From sequence record KF301602.1: a stretch of 32,000 bases of DNA; one strand, written 5' to 3'. Positions 9,490 through 17,782 of this stretch are shown here, in pieces. The notes under the pieces were generated by a model. The model was not told where the DNA came from and ran no database searches. It saw nothing but the letters and a program-made list of their open reading frames with translations. The first letter of the stretch is position 1; every line of letters starts with the position of its first letter. Position numbers and translations under genes: made by a program. Origin of the DNA: Caulobacter phage Cr30.

Positions 9490-9856
9490 TTTCTAATTCG
9501 ATTTCATTTTTGTGATTGATTCGAATGACTTTGATTTCAGGAACCATCTTTTCGATGATCTCTTCCTGAATTGGATCGTCTTCGAAGTGATACACTACGT
9601 CATATCCATTTCGAAGTAAATAGATAATTGTATTTGCCTTATGAATTCCTGAAGATTCTCGAGTCTTTTTGTGAAATGGAATAGGATTGAAAAATACTCG
9701 ATTATGAATGCCTCTTTCATGAAGCATTTCAAGAGTTTCATCTGCTTCTTCGAAAGATCTTCCAGTGATGATGAAGTCATTTGGTCTTGGTGTGCATCCT
9801 GGTAGATCTTCTCCAAGGAAAATCACACCATCGATATCCCATGTTGCGATTTTCAT
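9467..9856 (-). CDS. HAD-superfamily-like hydrolase/phosphatase
   Basis: MKIATWDIDGVIF (DxDG), FIITGRS, HKANTIIYLL, VYHFEDDP. Confidence 0.6.
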   Translation of the reverse strand: MKIATWDIDGVIFLGEDLPGCTPRPNDFIITGRSFEEADETLEMLHERGIHNRVFFNPIPFHKKTRESSGIHKANTIIYLLRNGYDVVYHFEDDPIQEEIIEKMVPEIKVIRINHKNEIELENVRQGER

Positions 9857-9973
9857 TCTGTATCTTCTTCCGATTCAGGGTATTCTTCAATCATCTTTTC
9901 GACAATTTCACGAGGATACCAATCTCCTTTGAACCATCGGTAGTCCTCATATTCTTTTACTGGTTTGGACATT

Positions 9974-10441
9974 TTATGAACTCCAGCTGTATTCGTTTTC
10001 ACCGTCTTTACTGATTCCTACATCTGGAGAAAGAAATGGAATTTTCTTGAAATTTGAAAAGACGTGTGAGAATTTTTCACCGAATGGAGTAAATCTAAAC
10101 TGTTCTCCACCAGCAACCCATACATCTTCAAAAAGAACTACCCAAAGAGAATCATAAAAATTTTGCCACCAATTATCATCTGGTTGTTCAGAAGGATCTT
10201 TACTCCATTCATAGTTATCGAAATAATCCGATTTGAAAACGATATATGCAGTCAACCCAGATTCGTTTTCAATGTAGACTCTTGTAACATTTTGGCTACA
10301 GAATCCCACGTTGAATTCATGATCAAATGTTAGAATATCATCAATTTCTGGATGATGCCAATGATGATGAATATTATCGAACCAATAATCAATCAGTAAT
10401 GGTTCGATATCGATGTTAATAAAACCTTCTGGAAATTTCAA
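9974..10441 (-). CDS. hypothetical protein, aromatic/acidic (155 aa); apparent TTG start
   Basis: ORF track; AGGAG upstream of TTG at 10439-10441. Confidence 0.55.
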   Translation of the reverse strand: MKFPEGFINIDIEPLLIDYWFDNIHHHWHHPEIDDILTFDHEFNVGFCSQNVTRVYIENESGLTAYIVFKSDYFDNYEWSKDPSEQPDDNWWQNFYDSLWVVLFEDVWVAGGEQFRFTPFGEKFSHVFSNFKKIPFLSPDVGISKDGENEYSWSS

Positions 10442-10461
10442 AATTATCTCCTAATAGAGGG

Positions 10462-10502
10462 TTTCTGGTCTGTTTGCGGAAAATATGGAAACAGACCAGA
10501 AA
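10462..10502 (-). promoter_or_regulatory. perfect 14-bp hairpin in the Ino1-downstream intergenic gap
   Basis: TTTCTGGTCTGTTT (10462-10475) / AAACAGACCAGAAA (10489-10502), 13-nt loop; no U-tract, sits just upstream of AGGAG of the next gene. Confidence 0.65.
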
Positions 10503-10544
10503 CGATGCGATTCAAATCACAAAGAATTAAAGTTGTTACTAAAC

Positions 10545-11726
10545 TCAGAGAATGAATGTAGAAACAAATTTACCATCTTCGCGTCGAACATAATCGTGAG
10601 GAATTTCACGTCGGGCTAGAATTTCACATTCTGTTCGAGCATCCTTTGTGAACATATCAACCGGAGGAGTTTTTTTCGTTGCAGCGCTGGGACCAACAAT
10701 AGGACCAACAATACCAATTTCTTGAGCAACTTTCAAGAAACGGATAGCATCAATGGCGACCCCCGCAGAATTGGGACTATCAATACATGAAAGATCGGCA
10801 GTAAATTCAAAAGGCGCTCTACCAAAGATCGTCCCTTTGATAAGCCAATGAGCTCGTTTATTATCCTTTAGTGCTGGGAAATATTTTGCTGGACCTGCAG
10901 CAATTGTATTTGGTTTGGTTTCTTTACCAACCAAATCATTCTGTTTACGAATTACATTTTCTTTTGAAATTTTCTTCGAAGCTAGCCTATCAGGATTTTG
11001 CATTTGCTTGAAATCCATGTTGCCTCCAACATTATCCTGATAATGGACATCAATATCTGCTCCTCTTGCTAGGAAACATTCTTGTAGAACAGCAGAAATA
11101 ATACTTGCTCCAATTGTTGAACGGACATCATCTCCAATAATAGTAACATTATTATCGGCAAATTTCTTTGCCCATACCTTATCGGAAGCAATGAAACATG
11201 GAATACAGTTTACAACGTTTACATTTGCATTTAGACAAACATTCATCCAAAATTCTGTAGCATCTTGAGAGCCGACAGGAAGATAGTTCATTAAAATATC
11301 GACTTGATTGTCTCGTAGATATTGAGCAAAATATTCAACATTCGCATCAACATCTTGTTCTACTGGAACAAACATTTCTGAATCATTTACATCTGTCCCC
11401 CAAACTGGTGTATCTACACCATCAAGACGAGGACCTTGTTGAACAATAGGAAATTGTTTTTCAAGCTTAGAAATATTGTAAAGATCAATTGTATTATTCG
11501 GGAGTGAATGTAGAGCGACATTTAGAGGTTTACCAACTTTTCGTTGATCAACATCAAAGGCTGCAACAAATTCAACGTTTTCAGGAGTATATCCTCCGAT
11601 ATTATCCATCATCAAATTCATTGTATCAAAATCAAATGCTCCTGCTTTAAATCCTTCGATACCTTGAACAAGAGCCGATGCACAATTTCCACACCCCACT
11701 AGAGCTACGCGAATTTTCTTAACCAT
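10545..11726 (-). CDS. myo-inositol-1-phosphate synthase family protein
   Basis: Rossmann start IRVALVGCGNCASALVQGIE; VEFVAAFDVDQRKVGK; NYLPVGSQDATEFW; NCIPCFIASD; IIGDDVRSTIGASI; YQDNVGGNMDF; LIKGTIFGRAPFEF. Confidence 0.88.
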   Translation of the reverse strand: MVKKIRVALVGCGNCASALVQGIEGFKAGAFDFDTMNLMMDNIGGYTPENVEFVAAFDVDQRKVGKPLNVALHSLPNNTIDLYNISKLEKQFPIVQQGPRLDGVDTPVWGTDVNDSEMFVPVEQDVDANVEYFAQYLRDNQVDILMNYLPVGSQDATEFWMNVCLNANVNVVNCIPCFIASDKVWAKKFADNNVTIIGDDVRSTIGASIISAVLQECFLARGADIDVHYQDNVGGNMDFKQMQNPDRLASKKISKENVIRKQNDLVGKETKPNTIAAGPAKYFPALKDNKRAHWLIKGTIFGRAPFEFTADLSCIDSPNSAGVAIDAIRFLKVAQEIGIVGPIVGPSAATKKTPPVDMFTKDARTECEILARREIPHDYVRREDGKFVSTFIL

Positions 11727-11818
11727 TACCTTAAAGTTCCTTTGTTATTTCAGTTGTTTCGGGAAACATTTCCCAGGCAGATTGATCCGGAATTGGAAGT
11801 AGCTGCCGAAAGAAGAAA

Positions 11819-11853
11819 AGAGTTTACCTCAAAGATTGAAGAAAGTAAACTCT
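11819..11853 (-). terminator. 9-bp inverted repeat after the TAGT-like gene followed by a T-rich run; arms coincide with a candidate promoter
   Basis: AGAGTTTAC (11819-11827) / GTAAACTCT (11845-11853); minus strand continues TTTTCTTCTTTC. Confidence 0.55.
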
Positions 11854-11854
11854 C

Positions 11855-12766
11855 CTAGAACAATTTAGAAAGATCAGAAATCGGATCTTCAATATCTGGA
11901 TGTTCCTGAAAATATTCTTTCCAAGAAACACGATCAAATGGTCGAATCTTTGAAATCGAAGTGATAGATTTCAATTTGACTTCAGTCATTCCAGTATGCT
12001 TGACAAGTTTCGGTTCAGAGCAATACTTTCGAACGAGCTCGTCTTTTGCATAGACTTCTTCAGCAACATTCATCATGAAAGCATTTCGATCATCTCCACC
12101 ACGATCACCAGAAGATTGCATTCCTCCTGGATTCATTCCAGTGGAAGTTTTGAATCCTCCCCAATGATAGATAACAATTCCTCCAGCTTTGTCGATGTAA
12201 CGGCAAGTTCTCACAATGTCGTCCAAATGAGCAGTATAGATCTTGACAAAGTCAGGATCGTTTCTTGCACCCCATGATCCACCAGGGAGATTGTATGGTC
12301 TGAATTCTTTCCAAGGTTTTCCTTGAAGATAGAAATCATTTTTGTAATAAGAGAATGAAAATGCTGTATTCAATCCGAGTTCGTCAAGAGTCTTGAATCC
12401 GTCTTGAATGTATGCTTCAAGATTTGTAGATTTTGCGATGAAATTTGTTTTTGATGGAGTAGGATTGAACTCAAAAAATTCTTCAAGATCATCATCTAAA
12501 AAGAAAATTTTCTGATTGATTGGAAAGAAATCAGAAATGAAATGAACGATTTCTTTCCCGCCTTTTACTCCAACAACAATCTCTTTATATGGATTGTCCC
12601 CCAGTGATTCTCGATATTCTTTCTTTTCTTCTTCATTCGCAACAAAGATGTAAAGCTTTTCAGAAAGATCGATATGTTGTTTCGAGAGCATTGTGTAAGT
12701 TTTATCTCGAAACTGCATAGCTCGTTGATAAGATCTTACGGCAATAACATAATCATCAATATTCAT
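11855..12766 (-). CDS. TET/JBP-associated glycosyltransferase-like (TAGT/GREB1-type) predicted DNA glycosyltransferase
   Basis: MNIDDYVIAVRSYQRAMQFRDKTYTML...KLYIFVANEEEKKEYRE...EIVVGVKGG...QKIFFLDDDLEEF; GGSWGARND; start reassigned to ATG at 12764-12766 (ATGA overlap). Confidence 0.68.
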   Translation of the reverse strand: MNIDDYVIAVRSYQRAMQFRDKTYTMLSKQHIDLSEKLYIFVANEEEKKEYRESLGDNPYKEIVVGVKGGKEIVHFISDFFPINQKIFFLDDDLEEFFEFNPTPSKTNFIAKSTNLEAYIQDGFKTLDELGLNTAFSFSYYKNDFYLQGKPWKEFRPYNLPGGSWGARNDPDFVKIYTAHLDDIVRTCRYIDKAGGIVIYHWGGFKTSTGMNPGGMQSSGDRGGDDRNAFMMNVAEEVYAKDELVRKYCSEPKLVKHTGMTEVKLKSITSISKIRPFDRVSWKEYFQEHPDIEDPISDLSKLF

Positions 12767-13992
12767 AATACTTTGAACCATTTGTCTGTTTCTTGAAGTT
12801 CTTTTTGGAAATCAGATGATGTCGGAACAACCAATCCATCATCTTCCCAAATCTCTTTCACTTTATAATCAAAAGGATTCTCAAGTAAAGTCTCGAAACC
12901 ATTTGGCATGTCTGGAAAAAGTTCATGCATATTCATAAGTTCGCCAGTGACCCCAAAGACTGAATCATACCACGAAGGAAAAACTGCACCTTTGATCAAT
13001 CCTGGTTGATTTCTCAAAGCGCTTCTAAACGGCTTCCAGTCAATTTCGGGCCAATGTTCACGATAGTAAAGATATCTTGATGTAGCATCACTCGAAGCAT
13101 GCCCAGGCATTTCTCCTGAAGACCCATCAGGGGCAAACATTCGTTTGTACTGACAATAGATCGATTCTTTTCTGAATGAATCAATTCTGAAACCGGAGAA
13201 TTCTTCTGCGATTGAAGTATATTCTAAAAGAGCGTCTTTAGCCCATTCAACATCTTTCTGAACAACTTGATAATCTCCATACTTTCCAATCATCTTTTCA
13301 GGTTGATTTGTAAGAGCACAAAGACCATTCCAAATTGATCCAAGAGATGAATCGTTATTTGGAGAATATCCATCCAACATAATATCTTCTGGATCGATTG
13401 GAAGTTCAAGCAAATCATGAAGACATTGCATTAGAAGCCATCCAGTCATTCGACCGAATTTATGAAGTGTCTGAATTTCTCTATAAAGAAGCCAGAAATT
13501 TTCTCTTTGACTTGACCCCACAAGGATTGAATCGAATTTATCTTTGAAAGAACTTTTTCCAAGCCAATTCTTGACACTCTGAACTTGGCTAACCCAATGA
13601 CCTTTGTTGTATCGAGCATCTGTTCCGTAAGTTGTTCTTTTCCAATTATTCGCATGCCATTTTTCCAATTCATTCATATTGATTGCATGAAAGTCTGGAA
13701 AGGTTTCAGTATATGCAAAAGCTTGAGGAGTTCTGTAAGTCATTCCAAAACAGAATGCAAACCATGCCTTTTGTTCAAAGTCATAATCTTTACAGAGATA
13801 CTTGTAGTAATGAATATGATCCAGGTCATGCGTCAGGACTCTCCAATTGAAATATCGATTGAAAAGTTCTTGACGTTTGCCTGGAGATTTCCATTCTTGA
13901 GTTGATTCTTCAATTCCAAAGAATCGTTTGTCCGCCTCTTGACTTGCTTTGTATTGCAGAAGCTTTTCAGAAAGTTTTGATTGTTTGGCCAT
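12763..13992 (-). CDS. amino acid:DNA transferase-like (alpha-glutamyl/putrescinyl-thymine pyrophosphorylase related) protein
   Basis: FNRYFNWRVLTHDLDHIHYYKYLCKDYDFEQKAWFAFCFGMTYRTPQAF...FPDFHAINMNELEKWHANNWKRTTYGTDARYNKGHW...FGRMTGWLLMQCLHDLLELPIDPEDIML resembles this family from memory. Confidence 0.6.
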   Translation of the reverse strand: MAKQSKLSEKLLQYKASQEADKRFFGIEESTQEWKSPGKRQELFNRYFNWRVLTHDLDHIHYYKYLCKDYDFEQKAWFAFCFGMTYRTPQAFAYTETFPDFHAINMNELEKWHANNWKRTTYGTDARYNKGHWVSQVQSVKNWLGKSSFKDKFDSILVGSSQRENFWLLYREIQTLHKFGRMTGWLLMQCLHDLLELPIDPEDIMLDGYSPNNDSSLGSIWNGLCALTNQPEKMIGKYGDYQVVQKDVEWAKDALLEYTSIAEEFSGFRIDSFRKESIYCQYKRMFAPDGSSGEMPGHASSDATSRYLYYREHWPEIDWKPFRSALRNQPGLIKGAVFPSWYDSVFGVTGELMNMHELFPDMPNGFETLLENPFDYKVKEIWEDDGLVVPTSSDFQKELQETDKWFKVL

Positions 13993-14299
13993 TCATTTCT
14001 CCATCAAAGTAATGCAAATACTTTTTACCTTTTGAAGATATATGCCAAGTTGTAGTATAACAATGAAAAGTTTGCCGCATTCTTTTAGAATAGAAAGTCT
14101 TTCCAGTGTAATGTTTCTTCTGGTATACATATGGTTTCATAAATCCGAGATATCCGGCAACCGAATTACGAGGAACATTCCACCAACCAAGAAGATCTTC
14201 TAATACTTGCGAAATCTGTTTAGAAGAAAGATTTACATTTAAATGTTTAGCCGCAAGTAGAACTCTTAGAATTTGTCTTTGATTGTTATTCATTGTCAA
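13967..14299 (-). CDS. hypothetical protein (110 aa)
   Basis: ORF track; overlaps both neighbours. Confidence 0.6.
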   Translation of the reverse strand: MTMNNNQRQILRVLLAAKHLNVNLSSKQISQVLEDLLGWWNVPRNSVAGYLGFMKPYVYQKKHYTGKTFYSKRMRQTFHCYTTTWHISSKGKKYLHYFDGEMNGQTIKTF

Positions 14300-14823
14300 T
14301 CAATTGCAGGAATTGGAGAAACAATCTTTTTAGCAGAATACTCAACTGGAACAGTGAATTGCTTTTCAAGAATTTGATATTTCGGCATTTGAGGATCTTG
14401 CCACATTGCAACAGTTGTTTTTGGAATTTTTGGGCGATCATCTTTACCAATACCACGAATTGCGTAAGTAAAAAGAACGAATGCATTCCATGCAACAGCA
14501 ATCATGTGATGTGAACCGGTCTCGACATCATAGTCCTCGCCAGATTTCCATGCCTGAAGATGTCGTTCTAGAGAAGCACAACATTTTCCCCAGTCCATCC
14601 CTCTTTCCCAGTTACGGTCGGCATACTTTTTGGCGCCAATTTCGAAATGTCTACCGAGAGCCAACATTGCTTCTGGAGGAATGAGGTCCATTCGCGGTTT
14701 ACCTTCATTATAACGAAGGGCTCCGTTATCTACTACAGTAGCGTTCTGATTCCTAGACATAATCACTTTATCTTCAATATCAACATCTTTTTCTTCATCA
14801 TCGTAATATTTGTATGCGCTCAT
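14296..14823 (-). CDS. dATP/dGTP diphosphohydrolase-like (N-terminal domain family) protein
   Basis: GALRYNEGKPRMDLIPPEAMLALGRHFEIGAKKYADRNWERGMDWGKCCASLERHLQAWKSGEDYDVETGSHHMIAVAWNAFVLFTY. Confidence 0.8.
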   Translation of the reverse strand: MSAYKYYDDEEKDVDIEDKVIMSRNQNATVVDNGALRYNEGKPRMDLIPPEAMLALGRHFEIGAKKYADRNWERGMDWGKCCASLERHLQAWKSGEDYDVETGSHHMIAVAWNAFVLFTYAIRGIGKDDRPKIPKTTVAMWQDPQMPKYQILEKQFTVPVEYSAKKIVSPIPAID

Positions 14824-14825
14824 TT

Positions 14826-15005
14826 CTACCTCGTATATTTGATCATATCGTTAATTGCGATTTCCATTGAAGATTCAGAGGATAGTGGTGAAATCCAGAA
14901 AGAGTTATCATCATTTAGACCAAAGTCATGAATGATCTTATCTCCTCTCATTCTATCAAGGAAATCCCAAGCATCATCCAGAAATTGTTTTTCTACGATG
15001 ATCAT
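14826..15005 (-). CDS. small hypothetical protein (59 aa), missing from the ORF track
   Basis: Manual translation MIIVEKQFLDDAWDFLDRMRGDKIIHDFGLNDDNSFWISPLSSESSMEIAINDMIKYTR; ATGA overlap with upstream gene. Confidence 0.55.
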   Translation of the reverse strand: MIIVEKQFLDDAWDFLDRMRGDKIIHDFGLNDDNSFWISPLSSESSMEIAINDMIKYTR

Positions 15006-15244
15006 GAAATAATTTCTCGTACAGTCAATTCTTTGCTGAAAAACTTTTTACGAGAGACTTTCATATAATACGTAGCATATGTATTCGCAGAATGAATTAA
15101 TTCGGAATCATATACCCAAAATCGTTTTGAATGCTTCCATTTTAATTTACCTGCTGCTAATTTGACAGCATTTTCTTTTGTTTCTGCTTCAAATGTTAAT
15201 GTAGCTTCCGGATAATAATCAGGAAATACTTTAAACTGCTTCAT
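15002..15244 (-). CDS. small hypothetical protein (80 aa)
   Basis: ORF track; overlapping neighbours. Confidence 0.6.
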   Translation of the reverse strand: MKQFKVFPDYYPEATLTFEAETKENAVKLAAGKLKWKHSKRFWVYDSELIHSANTYATYYMKVSRKKFFSKELTVREIIS

Positions 15245-15690
15245 TCACCACACCCATTTTGTTTATCAAATTGCCCCCAATGAACAAATCCTTGAGGGCA
15301 AGCAAAACCCCATTCTCGAATTCTTGGTCCAGTCACGAAAATGGTTGTGCAAGGTTCTCGATCAGGGTATCCGACCATTGAACCATCATTTTGTTTGACC
15401 CACTTCGTGAGAAGTTGAACACGATGCCAAGCTTCTCCGAAACGGAAATAACAATTTCCTCGTTTTCGAATGAATTTTCCTTTTGGGGTATGTTCAATAT
15501 AATTGCCTTTGATTAGAATAGAAAGGCAAAACAACCACGGATGACTATGAAGCGCTCTATCTTCATCTGAACGCAGAAACTTATGAAGATAGATGTTAAA
15601 GAAAGGATTTCGGGGAATGACCCACCACCTTAACAGGTACGGGTCTTCATTTCCTCCAATGACTACATCTGGTTTTCGTTTGAATACCAT
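15241..15690 (-). CDS. cupin-like protein
   Basis: RALHSHPWLFCLSILIKGNYIEHTPKGKFIRKRGNCYFRFGEAWHRVQL (HxH ... G ... H) jelly-roll pattern; 1-nt overlap with the dioxygenase stop. Confidence 0.6.
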   Translation of the reverse strand: MVFKRKPDVVIGGNEDPYLLRWWVIPRNPFFNIYLHKFLRSDEDRALHSHPWLFCLSILIKGNYIEHTPKGKFIRKRGNCYFRFGEAWHRVQLLTKWVKQNDGSMVGYPDREPCTTIFVTGPRIREWGFACPQGFVHWGQFDKQNGCGE

Positions 15691-17018
15691 CAGAACAACG
15701 TAGCTCCTGTTTGAGGGTATGCTTCTGGATGATATTGAAGAACGACATCTTTTCCAAGTTTTGATTCTAGGTAATCATACCATGCTTGTTCAGTAAACAT
15801 TCCTGGCGTGACGCCATTGAACAAATTTCGCCCTTCCGAAAGAATTGGATCTTTCTTTCGTTCTTCTACATACTGAAATTTTACTTGATTGTATTCGTAA
15901 GAACCGGTTCCAATCAAATCTTCACGGAAATACGCAACAACACTACAACGATTTCCAATGATTGGAGTATTTCCGTGAATGATATTATGATTTGCAATCA
16001 GAAGAAGATCACCAGGACGAATATTAACGCATGCTCGATATTCTGGAAATACTAGATATCCGCCTTCAAAATCTGATTCACCATCAGTCAGTACTGAAAG
16101 ATTGGAAAATCCTGCTTCCAGATCACCATCATCCAAATGGTATCCAGTGCGGAAATTTTTGTTCACAGTAATTGTGCTGAATACTGTTCCGGGAACAACG
16201 AATTCAGGAGCAACTTTCTTACATGCTTCATTTTGATTATTCCATCGTTTTGGAAGGAACTCTTTGAAAGCATTAGAAAGTTTCTGAAGATACGGAAAAG
16301 CTTGTTCAAACTCTTCAGGGTTATTTCGATTGAATGCTGCAAGACGAGCATAAGGGTATCGTGGATAAGGTGGTTGCGAACCGGCAACTCCAGAGTTCAC
16401 AGGAGAAGCATAAGTCGAGATTGAAATATATTTTTTCTCTACAAATTCTGCTTCTTTCTTGCGTTCTTCTACAGAAAGTTTCCGTACTCTTTCCAACCAT
16501 TCAGAGAATTTGAAATTATCATTTCGAGTTGCATGATACAGCCACATGCATCCTCTTGAACTGTTTTTGTCGCCATCTTTGTATTTCTCAAAGATTTCTT
16601 CGATTGGATCAAATCCTGGAAGAGGTTGAGCACCTTTTTTGAATAGATTGATAATATCCCATTCTTTTGCAGTAACCCAATCTCTATTGCCGACTTTTTC
16701 GACTTTTGGTCCTGCAGCCAAGCCACGATTATTTGAAGGGACATCGGCTGCGCGATTTAATCCTCGATATGCGCCAAGTTGTTCTTCTTTTGTGAAGTAA
16801 TTTTTCCTGAAAACCAAACCAATTCTTGCTTCATCAATCGCTTGGGGACATGACGCACAATCTTGATTACATTCAAGCATATCTGAAACAAAGCAATCAG
16901 GCTTCGTATAGAAATTGGTATCAGAATCAATAATCACATCATAATGCGAATCTTCCGCAAACTGCCCCAGAAGATGCTGACAATCAATCTTTTCTTTAGC
17001 AACAATAACATTAACCAT
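15690..17018 (-). CDS. TET/JBP-family 2-oxoglutarate/Fe(II) DNA base dioxygenase
   Basis: FSTITVNKNFRTGYHLDDGDLEAGFSNLSVL...FEGGYLVFPEYRACVNIRPGDLLLIANHNIIHGNTPIIGNRCSVVAYFRE: HxD (H294/D296, codons 16131-16139), distal H348 (15975-15977), R357 (15948-15950). Confidence 0.87.
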   Translation of the reverse strand: MVNVIVAKEKIDCQHLLGQFAEDSHYDVIIDSDTNFYTKPDCFVSDMLECNQDCASCPQAIDEARIGLVFRKNYFTKEEQLGAYRGLNRAADVPSNNRGLAAGPKVEKVGNRDWVTAKEWDIINLFKKGAQPLPGFDPIEEIFEKYKDGDKNSSRGCMWLYHATRNDNFKFSEWLERVRKLSVEERKKEAEFVEKKYISISTYASPVNSGVAGSQPPYPRYPYARLAAFNRNNPEEFEQAFPYLQKLSNAFKEFLPKRWNNQNEACKKVAPEFVVPGTVFSTITVNKNFRTGYHLDDGDLEAGFSNLSVLTDGESDFEGGYLVFPEYRACVNIRPGDLLLIANHNIIHGNTPIIGNRCSVVAYFREDLIGTGSYEYNQVKFQYVEERKKDPILSEGRNLFNGVTPGMFTEQAWYDYLESKLGKDVVLQYHPEAYPQTGATLF

Positions 17019-17241
17019 TCATTATTTCCTTTTGCTTACTGATTAAATCCTAACAGTAAGTAGCAATTTCATTTTTCGGTGATTACAATCCAGAGAAACA
17101 AAGGCCAAAGAAGCCCCATGAAAAGAATTGGGCCGAATCGAGGATAATTCAAACCTTGTTGACGAAAATTCACTGAAAGATGAATCAACATCAGAGAAAG
17201 AATATACCAACCTACAAAGTATACTGTCAGGGTCGCACCAA

Positions 17242-17451
17242 TCACGATTTAATCATCCATTCATTGATGCGATCTTGGAGTTCATAGAGTTTAATTTCGA
17301 AGAACTTCAGAGTAAAATATACTACTCCAAAAGGAGTTTGGAGTAAAGTGAAAAATCCAATCAATACTGTGAAAATTGTGAAAGAACATGCAGCAAAGAA
17401 AGTCTTTATTGCAAGATTCGTTTCCTTTTCAGAATATGTTTCAATCGACAT
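17242..17451 (-). CDS. small membrane protein
   Basis: FFAACSFTIFTVLIGFFTLLQTPFGVVYFTL hydrophobic segment; internal ATG start preferred. Confidence 0.55.
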   Translation of the reverse strand: MSIETYSEKETNLAIKTFFAACSFTIFTVLIGFFTLLQTPFGVVYFTLKFFEIKLYELQDRINEWMIKS

Positions 17452-17782
17452 TATAATCTCTTGTAAATTCAATGTTGACGCTAGTATTTTGGTTTAGATG
17501 CAAAATTTCTCGTAATCTTTTTTCAAGAAACTCATATTCATTTCGTTCAGAGCAATATGAATAAAGAGCAAAAGCCCATGGATCTTTTTCGAACATTTTC
17601 TCAAGACTTTCACGGGTATGTTTCTCGTTTTTCTTAAACCAGTAATCAGTTTTGTTTCTACCAATATTCAGTTTAATGTTTTCTTCTTGCCTTTTCTTTC
17701 GCCATTTTTCAATTTGGTCTAGTCTTTTAGAAATAAGATCGGCGGCGAAAGAGCACGGAAGATTATACCAAACTCTTGTCAT
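17441..17782 (-). CDS. hypothetical protein (113 aa)
   Basis: ORF track; overlaps both neighbours. Confidence 0.6.
   Translation of the reverse strand: MTRVWYNLPCSFAADLISKRLDQIEKWRKKRQEENIKLNIGRNKTDYWFKKNEKHTRESLEKMFEKDPWAFALYSYCSERNEYEFLEKRLREILHLNQNTSVNIEFTRDYNVD

Noticed and set aside
11996-12277. + strand 93-aa ORF
   Set aside because: Antisense to the TAGT-like gene; no RBS or family resemblance.
16137-16424. + strand 95-aa ORF
   Set aside because: Antisense to the TET/JBP dioxygenase catalytic domain.
17128-17346. + strand 72-aa ORF
   Set aside because: Partly antisense to a plausible minus-strand membrane protein and lone + ORF in the array; not convincing, though 17128-17241 has no minus gene.
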